From IMG/VR virus record IMGVR_UViG_3300028591_000204, positions 2,176 to 66,175 of that record: 64,000 bases of DNA; one strand, given 5' to 3'. A model generated the notes under the pieces. That model made no database searches and had not been told where the DNA came from. It saw only the letters and a program-made list of their open reading frames with translations. The position numbers were made by a program, and so were the translations under genes. This document shows, piece by piece, positions 19,030 through 27,339 of this stretch; position 1 is the stretch's first letter, and every line of letters starts with the position of its first letter. Source of the stretch: a virus. Taxonomy: Duplodnaviria; Caudoviricetes.

Positions 19030-19550
19030 GTTATGTGAAATTGTGGCCGTAAGCCTCGCTAACACCAGAAGAAATTCTTTTTTAATAAAGTAATTTTTCT
19101 TAGTAGCAATATTATTACACTTTTGGTTTTTATCGGTTTACCTTTTAATATTGATTTACTTTTTATAAACCGTAGCGAAAGGTTTGATGAAATTGAGAAG
19201 CATAAGAATAATTCTGGAAATGCACAATGGCACATTCGTTAGTTTAACCGCCTTTAACTGAATTGAAAGAAGAAGGACTTGAAAATTGGAGATTAATAAT
19301 ACCCAGTTAAAATATAAGCCCAAACTAATCAAGGTTAATCATTAATCAGAAGTTCTCCGAAATTTAGTGGAGGAGATTAAATAAAACCTAATTGCTTCTG
19401 CAGATTAATTCAAGTGAAAGCGAAGACATATAACCTGAATGTCCCTGTTTTTTGAAGATTGGAGAGACTGGACGCTGGATAGGAGGTTTTAGGAATTGGT
19501 TACCTTAACGAAAACTTTCTACGGAGGATGAAGATTATTCTTCATCCTCT
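19030..19550 (+). ncRNA. Candidate large structured non-coding RNA
   Basis: 600 bp gap with no ORF in the supplied track. About 32% GC by hand count (175/540), versus nearly pure AT in other intergenic gaps. Many nested complementary segments and a terminator at the 3' end. Ends approximate. Confidence 0.6.
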
Positions 19551-19558
19551 TGTTTTTT
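19524..19558 (+). terminator. Intrinsic terminator closing the putative ncRNA
   Basis: Perfect 11 bp stem GAGGATGAAGA/TCTTCATCCTC with TTAT loop, then TTGTTTTTT. Confidence 0.85.
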
Positions 19559-19586
19559 GAATATATTGTCTATGTTTTTCTATTTT
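19557..19586 (+). promoter_or_regulatory. Class A promoter-like element for the DNA polymerase gene
   Basis: TTGAAT-18 nt-TATTTT upstream of 19619. Confidence 0.45.
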
Positions 19587-19618
19587 AATATTACAAATAC
19601 AACTTATAAATTTGAAAG

Positions 19619-21160
19619 ATGATATTAGATAGAACATGGAACAAAAATGAACAAAAATTAGTTATTTCTTATATTGATAAAGAAGGTAATAGACAATTCT
19701 ACCAAAAGTATTTCCATCACTTTAAAACATATGAATATGATGAAAATGGAGATGTAGATACATGGGATGGTAAAAAAGCAAGAAAAGTATATAAAGATAC
19801 TACAAATTATACACCAAATGAATTCGATATTCTAGAATTCATGTATGAGCTGCCAGAAGACTTGAATAAAGTAATGCATGCTCAATATTTTCCTAAATTA
19901 TATTTTTTCGATATTGAAACTAAGTTTGATCCAACTAGTTTTCCTGATCCACAAAAAGCATTACACCAAGTAACTGCTATTTCATTAGTAGGTCCAGATA
20001 TGTCATGTATTGTTTATGGACTTAGACAACTTAATGAAGACCAAATTGGACTTTTACGTTCAAGATATCTTGATTGGATTAATAACAATGAATTTGCTAA
20101 ATCAAGATTAAAGAAAGAACCAAAAGTATTATATCAATATTTCTCTAATGAAGGAGATATGTTGAAACACTTTTTTACAGTTATATGTCCTAAGGTTCCT
20201 TGTCTTGCAGGATGGAACTCTTATGGATTTGACTTTATTTATCTTGTAACTCGTCTTACAGTATTATTTGGTCAGAAAGAGGCATATAATATTCTTAGAA
20301 AAGCATCACCAACAGGTGAACTTACTTCAATTAAAGTAACAAATCAACAAGGACAATTCTTATATAAATTCCAAGCACCATGCCATACTATTTGGCTTGA
20401 TTATATGGAAATAGTAAAACAGTATGACTATACACTTATTCCTTATGAAAGTTATTCTCTTGATTGGGTAGGTGAACATGCTGTAAAGGCTAATAAGATT
20501 AAGTATAATGGAACCCTTAATGATTTGTATGAAAAGGATATTGAATGGTATTATTTCTATAATGCTATCGATAGTCTTATCGGTCTTTTAATTCATTATA
20601 GATTAAAGTCACTTGAGTCACCTTGTTCAGTATCAAGTATTACTCTTGTACCACTTCCTAAAGCATTTGGTCAGGTTGCACTTACTACAGCAAATGTATT
20701 TAATGAATTCTATCAGGATAATAAGAGAGTAGTTTATAACTATGATGCTATTGAAAGATATAAAGTAAATTATGAAGGTGCTTTCTGTGGTTGTGTAGCT
20801 GGTCGTTATCAATGGAATGTATGTGATGACTTCGCATCACTTTATCCTTCACAGGTACAGACATGTAATTTCTCATTTGAAAATATACTTACACCAGAAC
20901 CTTATGGCCCAGATAGTTTAGGTAGATATACTCCTAGAAATTGGACTGAAGAAGAACTTGAACAATTTAGACAAGATCCTAATTACTTTGTTTCTATTAA
21001 TGGTAATGTTTATAAGAATGATAAAGATTATGCATTTAAGAGAATGCAAAGAAATATGAAAAAGAAGAGAGATGTTTATAAGTATACTGGACAAAGAATT
21101 GAAAGTGAACTTATACATGAAATTGATAGGTTGATAAAAGAAAAAGAAAATGAAAAATAA
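19619..21160 (+). CDS. Family B DNA polymerase, N-terminal subunit (3'-5' exonuclease plus palm motif A)
   Basis: ExoI FFDIET, ExoII GWNSYGFDF, ExoIII YFYNAID, YEGAFC, motif A DFASLYPS. The ORF ends in the fingers region without KxxxNSxYG or YGDTDS. Confidence 0.9.
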   Translation: MILDRTWNKNEQKLVISYIDKEGNRQFYQKYFHHFKTYEYDENGDVDTWDGKKARKVYKDTTNYTPNEFDILEFMYELPEDLNKVMHAQYFPKLYFFDIETKFDPTSFPDPQKALHQVTAISLVGPDMSCIVYGLRQLNEDQIGLLRSRYLDWINNNEFAKSRLKKEPKVLYQYFSNEGDMLKHFFTVICPKVPCLAGWNSYGFDFIYLVTRLTVLFGQKEAYNILRKASPTGELTSIKVTNQQGQFLYKFQAPCHTIWLDYMEIVKQYDYTLIPYESYSLDWVGEHAVKANKIKYNGTLNDLYEKDIEWYYFYNAIDSLIGLLIHYRLKSLESPCSVSSITLVPLPKAFGQVALTTANVFNEFYQDNKRVVYNYDAIERYKVNYEGAFCGCVAGRYQWNVCDDFASLYPSQVQTCNFSFENILTPEPYGPDSLGRYTPRNWTEEELEQFRQDPNYFVSINGNVYKNDKDYAFKRMQRNMKKKRDVYKYTGQRIESELIHEIDRLIKEKENEK

Positions 21161-21383
21161 TATAAATATAGAAGTAGATACTCTTGCTGCTTTATTTAAC
21201 TTTAATGGAATTTCATATAAAGATTTAAATACTAAAAAATTTGTAGAAACTCCTTATAAAAAAATTAGTCAATTAAAAGAATATCTTCATCAATTATATC
21301 CACAATATGATGAAATATATTTTTATGAAAAAGTTAAAGATAGAAGACAAGTAGAATGGAATAAGGAATTTTTATTAAGTTAA
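21150..21383 (+). CDS. Hypothetical protein
   Basis: 77 aa, overlaps the end of the polymerase gene. Confidence 0.6.
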   Translation: MKNNINIEVDTLAALFNFNGISYKDLNTKKFVETPYKKISQLKEYLHQLYPQYDEIYFYEKVKDRRQVEWNKEFLLS

Positions 21384-21386
21384 ATT

Positions 21387-21734
21387 ATGAAGATTAATGT
21401 AAAAATAATTGACACTAATTATAGTGTAAATAAATATGGAGAAGGAGTTTTAGAAAATGCTATTGATGAATATATAAAAAATGGTAATAAGCTTGTTTCA
21501 TGTAATAGTAATTCTACTGATTTAAAAGATGTTATTGGTACTGTTGATCATATTGATAGAACTGATAATGGTAAAGTATTTGCTGATATAGAATTATTAG
21601 ATACACCATCTGGAAAAATATATCAAGAAATATTAAATAATAGTACACTTAATTTTGGTGTATCTGGATATGGTGATAAAAATGAAGATGGTATTATAAC
21701 AAATTTTAAAATAAATAGTATAAATGTAATATGA
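21387..21734 (+). CDS. Degenerate T4 gp21-like prohead protease homolog
   Basis: YxxxVLENAIDEYI, VFADIELLDTPSGKI, FGVSGYG and FKINSINVI follow the gp21 pattern; the GELxHP motif is absent. Confidence 0.55.
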   Translation: MKINVKIIDTNYSVNKYGEGVLENAIDEYIKNGNKLVSCNSNSTDLKDVIGTVDHIDRTDNGKVFADIELLDTPSGKIYQEILNNSTLNFGVSGYGDKNEDGIITNFKINSINVI

Positions 21735-22072
21735 GTGATTTTAGTGAAGGTCCAGCAGTTAGAATTGAAAGACCTAAAATAAAGTGGAGAAATTTTAAGA
21801 TATGGATAGTAGACCAATTTAAAAGAAAAACTTGGTTTAGAAATTTTTTTATAACTAGAAATGCATGGGGTGCTTTCAGTATAAATTCTCATATTAATCA
21901 ACATACTAATAAACCTAAAGTAACTTATAATACATTAAAGACAGCCCTTAAATCAGCTGAAGCAATGAGTAAGAAACATGATACTCATTTCAGTACTTAT
22001 AAATGTCTTTTCTGTGATGGTTATCATATAGGAAAGAATAGAGATAATAAAACTGATTATGATAAGAAATAA
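21731..22072 (+). CDS. Small basic protein with C-terminal CxxC-H motif
   Basis: YKCLFCDGYHIGK; ATGA overlap with the upstream gene. Confidence 0.65.
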   Translation: MSDFSEGPAVRIERPKIKWRNFKIWIVDQFKRKTWFRNFFITRNAWGAFSINSHINQHTNKPKVTYNTLKTALKSAEAMSKKHDTHFSTYKCLFCDGYHIGKNRDNKTDYDKK

Positions 22073-22090
22073 ATATATATTAATACAATA

Positions 22091-22900
22091 ATGGCAACAG
22101 TACATTTTAATTTAGAAAATTTAATTTCTAAAAAGATAGATGAAAAACTTGAAGAAGTTGTAAATAAAGCAATTGATAGAGCCTTTTCAAATATAATCAT
22201 TGAAACAGAACATGTTGAAAATATACCAACTGAAAATGAAAATAGTTGTAAAGTAGAAGTAGGAGAGGAAGATGATTCTAAAAAGGTATATACAGAAGCT
22301 GAAACTGCTAAATTAATTGAAGAAAATAGCAAGTTAGATTTTACAGTATATGATCCTTTAAAGAAAGAATATATAAAGGTAGATGAAAGTAATAAGGATT
22401 ATATGCCTGATGGTGTATATCTTGGTTATGAAGTTGCAACATATCTTAGTAATATTGCTAATAGTATGAAGCAATTCATTAATTCTTATAATCAAAATAA
22501 GAAAGATGAAAAGCCAGAACTTTCTGAATATGATATTGCATTTTATGATTATATCAATAATCTTTCTTGGGGACAATTAAAAGAACTTATTAATAACAAT
22601 GAGTTAATTTGTCTTGATGATATTCCTCCTATTCAAGAAATTGGTAATCCTATTGATACTTATTATGTTATCTTAAAGAATACTTTAATGAAGTATTTCT
22701 ATGATAATATTGAATTTACTAATTTCTTAGAATTAGATTCTGCTAAGGATTTTTATAAGAAAAAAATTTTACAATTATTATTCTCAAAATTTAATGATTA
22801 TATTGATTATGTTATGAATTATTTAATCATTAATAAACATAGAGAATTATTTGATATATTATTTGGAAAAATATATATGAATAATATTACTGAAAAATAA
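22091..22900 (+). CDS. Hypothetical protein
   Basis: 269 aa ORF in the operon. Confidence 0.7.
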   Translation: MATVHFNLENLISKKIDEKLEEVVNKAIDRAFSNIIIETEHVENIPTENENSCKVEVGEEDDSKKVYTEAETAKLIEENSKLDFTVYDPLKKEYIKVDESNKDYMPDGVYLGYEVATYLSNIANSMKQFINSYNQNKKDEKPELSEYDIAFYDYINNLSWGQLKELINNNELICLDDIPPIQEIGNPIDTYYVILKNTLMKYFYDNIEFTNFLELDSAKDFYKKKILQLLFSKFNDYIDYVMNYLIINKHRELFDILFGKIYMNNITEK

Positions 22901-22901
22901 T

Positions 22902-23165
22902 ATGTACGGAGATTATAAATTTACAAGATTAACTCTTGAACAAAGAGACAAGAAATTAGTATGGGAAATGCCATATGAAGATATTGGAGCAGATGATTTA
23001 ATTCATGCATTAAATACTTTATTAATAGGTTTTACATTTCATCAAAATACTATATATAATGCTATGGCTGAATATCTTCAAGAACATGCTTCAAATTTAT
23101 ATGATATTTATGATCATGTAGAATCAGAACTAGTTGGTGATACATTAGATGATGAAGGTGAATAA
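22902..23165 (+). CDS. Hypothetical protein
   Basis: 87 aa ORF followed by a terminator. Confidence 0.7.
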   Translation: MYGDYKFTRLTLEQRDKKLVWEMPYEDIGADDLIHALNTLLIGFTFHQNTIYNAMAEYLQEHASNLYDIYDHVESELVGDTLDDEGE

Positions 23166-23171
23166 AAAATG

Positions 23172-23202
23172 AAAGTTGTAATTAATATTACAACTTTTTT
23201 TT
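23172..23202 (+). terminator. Intrinsic terminator
   Basis: Perfect 11 bp stem AAAGTTGTAAT/ATTACAACTTT, then a T run. Confidence 0.8.
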
Positions 23203-23232
23203 ATTTTTATATAACTAATATAATTATATAGA

Positions 23233-24456
23233 ATGAATAAGTTTTTTAATTACTTACAGCCAACTATTATTCAAGCTACAGATAATGAAGAACTTCCAGA
23301 AAGAGTAAGAGGAAGATTCTTTATTAATTTTAATGTATTTGGTATTGCATATTTTACAGAAAAGTATATATTACAAGAAACATCATTTGGTGCTCCTTAT
23401 CTTATTTTAAAAGAAGACAACTATGGTCTTCAACTTGAAGATACAACAGAAGGAGAACTTCTTGATATTCCTAGAATATATATTGATATTACAGATAAAT
23501 TTGTAAATGATGAAGAAAATTTATTCCAAAGTTTTGTAGCACAAGCTTTAATGGATAATAGAATATGGGTAAGAGGTATAGATAAGTTCTTTGCAGGAAT
23601 GGATTACTATACTAATTATACATTATATAACTATCTTGCACTTACAGATCAAATTGAAGTTCCTGATTTTGGTGCTCGTCTTCCTAATTATCTTGATGAA
23701 TATGGTTTTATTCAGACACAGTATTGGAAACCTCTTACAGGAGAAATTTATGAAGACTATAATAATCTTGATTACTTTAATGAAAAGAATAATCTTTTAA
23801 CTAATACTTTTAGTGAAGATGAATTAAATAATTTTTATTCAACATTCTGCTCATTAATACTTGAATATACTAAAATTCCTGAAGATGTTCTTAGTGAATC
23901 TAAAAATCAGATTTATAATTTAGTATTAAATTATTTTAAAAATTTTAAATCAGATGAAAGTAGTAATGCTTTATCTTTAATTCTTAATTCAGGATATACT
24001 CTTCAAGAAACCAAGACAAATATAGGTTGTAATTGTAATTCTTCAACAACTGGAAGCGGTGAAATTACTAAATCTTGTTATGATTTATATGGAGAAGCAA
24101 TGATTTATTGGTTAAAGAGTATGCTTAGTGATTCTAAATTCTATGAAGATTGGTTTAGAATTAGAAAGAATGAAAATGATTGGATTCCTAATGATGTACT
24201 TATTGAGAAATTAAGATTATTCTTTAGTGAATTTATAAAATTACAACATGCTTTGACATTCTTAAAAACAAATAATATTAAATGCGATTGTCCAAGTCCT
24301 GTATCATTTAATGAAAGTGAATGTAATTACAATATTATTAATAATTTCTTATCTATATTAACATGGGTATTTAATGAAGAAATTGATAGTAATATAAATA
24401 AAATAAAAATATATGGTGGTCAGTTCGCTGAACTTCTACCTAAATTACAATTCTAA
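23233..24456 (+). CDS. Hypothetical protein, probably late/structural
   Basis: 407 aa, preceded by the core structural-gene motif at 23202-23213. Confidence 0.7.
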   Translation: MNKFFNYLQPTIIQATDNEELPERVRGRFFINFNVFGIAYFTEKYILQETSFGAPYLILKEDNYGLQLEDTTEGELLDIPRIYIDITDKFVNDEENLFQSFVAQALMDNRIWVRGIDKFFAGMDYYTNYTLYNYLALTDQIEVPDFGARLPNYLDEYGFIQTQYWKPLTGEIYEDYNNLDYFNEKNNLLTNTFSEDELNNFYSTFCSLILEYTKIPEDVLSESKNQIYNLVLNYFKNFKSDESSNALSLILNSGYTLQETKTNIGCNCNSSTTGSGEITKSCYDLYGEAMIYWLKSMLSDSKFYEDWFRIRKNENDWIPNDVLIEKLRLFFSEFIKLQHALTFLKTNNIKCDCPSPVSFNESECNYNIINNFLSILTWVFNEEIDSNINKIKIYGGQFAELLPKLQF

Positions 24457-24458
24457 TT

Positions 24459-24698
24459 ATGAAAAATTTAAGTGCTTATCTTGATAATATCATCGATGAA
24501 GAAGAAGGTTACTTCGAAGGATGTAAAAGTAAAATTTCTTGCGGTAAAATTACTGAAAGAGATTTTATGAAGGCAAATAGAAAAGCTTCAAGAGAAGAAG
24601 AGATTTCTAATCATGGTAAACCTGTAAATTACAGTAATAAGTTTAAAACAAAGAAAGATTATTCTAGAAAGGATAAACATAAGAAACCTTTAGTATAA
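24459..24698 (+). CDS. Small basic protein with MKNLSAYL N-terminus
   Basis: 79 aa; C-terminal KANRKASREEEI...KKDYSRKDKHKK. Confidence 0.65.
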   Translation: MKNLSAYLDNIIDEEEGYFEGCKSKISCGKITERDFMKANRKASREEEISNHGKPVNYSNKFKTKKDYSRKDKHKKPLV

Positions 24699-24729
24699 AG
24701 AATATAAATAAATTAATATATATAATATT

Positions 24730-25167
24730 ATGAAGAATTTATTAGATTACATTAAAGAGTCTATTGAAGTTGATGAAGCAAAAGGTTCAGAAGAAGAAAA
24801 TGTAAATGTTCCTGATTCTAAAACTTTCTCATTTAACTTTAAAGATTTTGAAAACGCAAAAGAAACCATTGAATCATTACAAGGATTTGAATCAGTCTCA
24901 GTTGAAGATGAAAAAGTAACTGTTACTGTAACAAAGGATAATGATGCTGATAAGGCATTTGAACTTATTCAGGATTTTATTCATCTTAGAGGTAAAGATA
25001 TAAAAAGAGCAAGTGATGAACAGTATGCACAGAAGGTTGCAAAATGTGAAAAGACATTAGCAGATTGGGCAGAATATGTTGATGACTTAGCTATATCTGA
25101 TGATGAACCTAAAGATAATAAAGAGGGTGATGATAAGAAGGAAGATGATAAAAAAGAAGAAGAATAA
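24730..25167 (+). CDS. Acidic small protein, putative internal head protein
   Basis: N-terminus MKNLLDYIKE|S resembles the T4 capsid-targeting sequence. Confidence 0.65.
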   Translation: MKNLLDYIKESIEVDEAKGSEEENVNVPDSKTFSFNFKDFENAKETIESLQGFESVSVEDEKVTVTVTKDNDADKAFELIQDFIHLRGKDIKRASDEQYAQKVAKCEKTLADWAEYVDDLAISDDEPKDNKEGDDKKEDDKKEEE

Positions 25168-25169
25168 TT

Positions 25170-25487
25170 ATGAAAAATCTTAGTCAATATTTAACTGAAT
25201 CAAAAACAATTACTAAGTCAAATTATCAAGATTTCATTAATAATGATGGAATGGATCAAGAACTTAGAGAATGGTATAAGAAAGAATATAAGACAGATCC
25301 TCTTGGAGATGAACTTCCTACTATAACATTTGCCGAAGTTCTTGCACAATTCTTTAATGAATTAGATAAATTTGAAGAAGAATGTTGTGCAGATGATTCT
25401 ATTGTAAGAGAAAGAATATTTAAGAAACTTACAGAATTATGTGGAGTTAAATATAATAATTTCTATGATTTTTGGTTAAAAGGTTAA
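25170..25487 (+). CDS. Small protein, putative internal head protein
   Basis: N-terminus MKNLSQYLTE|S. Confidence 0.65.
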   Translation: MKNLSQYLTESKTITKSNYQDFINNDGMDQELREWYKKEYKTDPLGDELPTITFAEVLAQFFNELDKFEEECCADDSIVRERIFKKLTELCGVKYNNFYDFWLKG

Positions 25488-25514
25488 GAGATTGAAGAAA
25501 TTCAATCTCTTTTT
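25486..25514 (+). terminator. Intrinsic terminator
   Basis: Perfect 11 bp stem AAGAGATTGAA/TTCAATCTCTT with GAAA loop, then T's. Confidence 0.8.
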
Positions 25515-25547
25515 CTATATTAAATTATAAATATATTTAATTTTGAT

Positions 25548-25757
25548 ATGGGTCCTAAAGACAAATATTGGTTAGTAGTTATTGAAACTATTGATGAAGA
25601 TGAAAAGGGTAAAATTAAGAGAAATAAAGAGAAACATCTTGTAGATGCATTTGATATTAAGGGTGTTGAGAATAAAGTAAAAAATATGATGGAAGGAGAA
25701 ACAAGAGATTGGAGTATCAAGTCAGTTGCACTTGCAGGAATTATTGAAGTTTATTAA
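25548..25757 (+). CDS. Small protein resembling Bacteroidota DUF4494-type proteins
   Basis: WLVVIETIDEDEKGKIKRNKEKHLVDA...WSIKSV pattern; class A motif at 25492-25521 upstream. Confidence 0.55.
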   Translation: MGPKDKYWLVVIETIDEDEKGKIKRNKEKHLVDAFDIKGVENKVKNMMEGETRDWSIKSVALAGIIEVY

Positions 25758-25764
25758 TCTAAGA

Positions 25765-25801
25765 AACCGCTAAAGATTTTAAATCCTTAGCGGTTCTTTT
25801 T
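25765..25801. terminator. Intrinsic terminator between convergent genes
   Basis: AACCGCTAAAGATT/AATCCTTAGCGGTT inverted repeat (one mismatch), then a T run. Confidence 0.75.
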
Positions 25802-25868
25802 AATTCTGGGACGCTTTAATACTTTTTTAATAAAATATATCGTCTAATATATTTGAGATAAATCTGGA

Positions 25869-26264
25869 TTATTTATACATCTTAAAATCTAACATTATAT
25901 ATTCTTTATCAAGAAAACCTTCTTCTAACATATCTGTTGGTTCAACTTGTTTAAGAGATGAAAAATCAAAATTTAATTTTTCAATTTTCTTTTTAAATCC
26001 TTCAAAGAAATTTTTATTATCTACTTTATCTAGAAAACTATAAAATACATAATTATCATCTTTTCCTTCAATATATCTGAAAGCAATACTTTTTTGTCCT
26101 TTCATATATATTGTTTTTTGTATGTTAAGATATACAATAAATTCTTCAAGTTTCATTCTTTGTTCTATTTCTTTATCTTCTAAAAGTTTTCTTTCAACAT
26201 CAACTTTAGCAAATAAGAAATCCTCTGGGAATTCTCCAATTGTACTTATAGATATATATTTCAT
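25869..26264 (-). CDS. Hypothetical protein
   Basis: 131 aa, with the structural-gene motif at 26286-26299 (minus strand) upstream. Confidence 0.7.
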   Translation of the reverse strand: MKYISISTIGEFPEDFLFAKVDVERKLLEDKEIEQRMKLEEFIVYLNIQKTIYMKGQKSIAFRYIEGKDDNYVFYSFLDKVDNKNFFEGFKKKIEKLNFDFSSLKQVEPTDMLEEGFLDKEYIMLDFKMYK

Positions 26265-26332
26265 ATTTGAAAATTATTATAGTTTTATATATAAAAATAT
26301 AGTTTTTGTATTAAAAATTATACAGTAAAAAT

Positions 26333-26346
26333 TATTTTTAACTATA
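26333..26346 (+). promoter_or_regulatory. Class B motif upstream of the tail/fibre operon (divergent copy at 26286-26299, minus strand)
   Basis: TATTTTTAACTATA, 18 nt before the ATG at 26365. Confidence 0.6.
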
Positions 26347-26364
26347 ATATATATTTTATTTTAA

Positions 26365-27333
26365 ATGAATAATGTAGTACAAGGAAATGATGAACACAAA
26401 TGGTTAAGACCATGGAATATTGAAAAATTTGATGATTTATATAATCGAGATGAAAGATTTTTCAGTATTTTAATTAAAGGTGCTCTATCATGGCTTACAT
26501 CTAATCTTGTTTTATATAATAAACCAATTAATCATTTCATTTTCAATACTGGTTCTTCTTATCTTTATGTTGAATCAAATGGATATCAATTCAGTATGAA
26601 TGAAACATTTGGTGAAGATCAAATGTATATGAAAATGCCTCGTTGTGTTATTGAAATTGGAGAAATAAATATTCCAACAGAAGAACTTTCTGCACCATAT
26701 GTTCGTGGTGTATATGAACGTCGTGATGGTAATGAAATAAAAGGATATAATGCACAAATTAGAAGAATGCCTATTGAATTGACTCTTACTGCAAAATATG
26801 TTCTTTCAAATTTCAATGAAAGTATGATACTTATTCAAGAACTTATTGATAAAGTAGCATGGCAACAATATTTCAATATTATATATCTTGGTCAAATAAT
26901 TAACTGTTCTATTGAATTAGATAGTAATTATAGAATAGAAGTTAATAAAATTGATATGGCTGATCCTAATACTAATCAAAAGAATATTGAAATAACTTAT
27001 AAACTTTGTTCTAATTATCCTTGTATAGATGAAACAACATCAATAGAAAATAAACAAATAATAGAATCATTTAGAAATAATACACATTTAATTAGTGATA
27101 AAAATATTTATAATGTAACTGATACAACAGTAAGACATATAAATGAAAATGGTTCTGTAACTATTGATAATGATATAGAATTTAATAATCCAAAAGATTA
27201 TTTAAGTACTACAAAAGATGGAGATACATTTACTATGGGCGATATTGATAAAGATAAAGAAGCATCAATATTACAATATAAAAATGATACTCTTTTAAAA
27301 ACAACATTTAGTGAATTAAAAAATACTCTTTAA
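26365..27333 (+). CDS. Tail completion / sheath stabiliser-like protein (T4 gp15-like)
   Basis: MPRCVIEIGEI...RRMPIELTLTAKYV...LIQELI pattern typical of the gp15 fold; heads the tail/fibre operon. Confidence 0.6.
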   Translation: MNNVVQGNDEHKWLRPWNIEKFDDLYNRDERFFSILIKGALSWLTSNLVLYNKPINHFIFNTGSSYLYVESNGYQFSMNETFGEDQMYMKMPRCVIEIGEINIPTEELSAPYVRGVYERRDGNEIKGYNAQIRRMPIELTLTAKYVLSNFNESMILIQELIDKVAWQQYFNIIYLGQIINCSIELDSNYRIEVNKIDMADPNTNQKNIEITYKLCSNYPCIDETTSIENKQIIESFRNNTHLISDKNIYNVTDTTVRHINENGSVTIDNDIEFNNPKDYLSTTKDGDTFTMGDIDKDKEASILQYKNDTLLKTTFSELKNTL

Positions 27334-27339
27334 TAAATA

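Noticed and set aside
19030-19550. tmRNA, RNase P RNA, tRNA, or a canonical group I/II intron
   Set aside because: No GGGG...CCA acceptor ends or T-loop, no GAGGAAAGTCC, no group II domain V, no S element for P7, and no interrupted host gene.
21150-22900. Missing polymerase C-terminal half via frameshift or intron
   Set aside because: None of the downstream ORFs shows KxxxNSxYG or YGDTDS.
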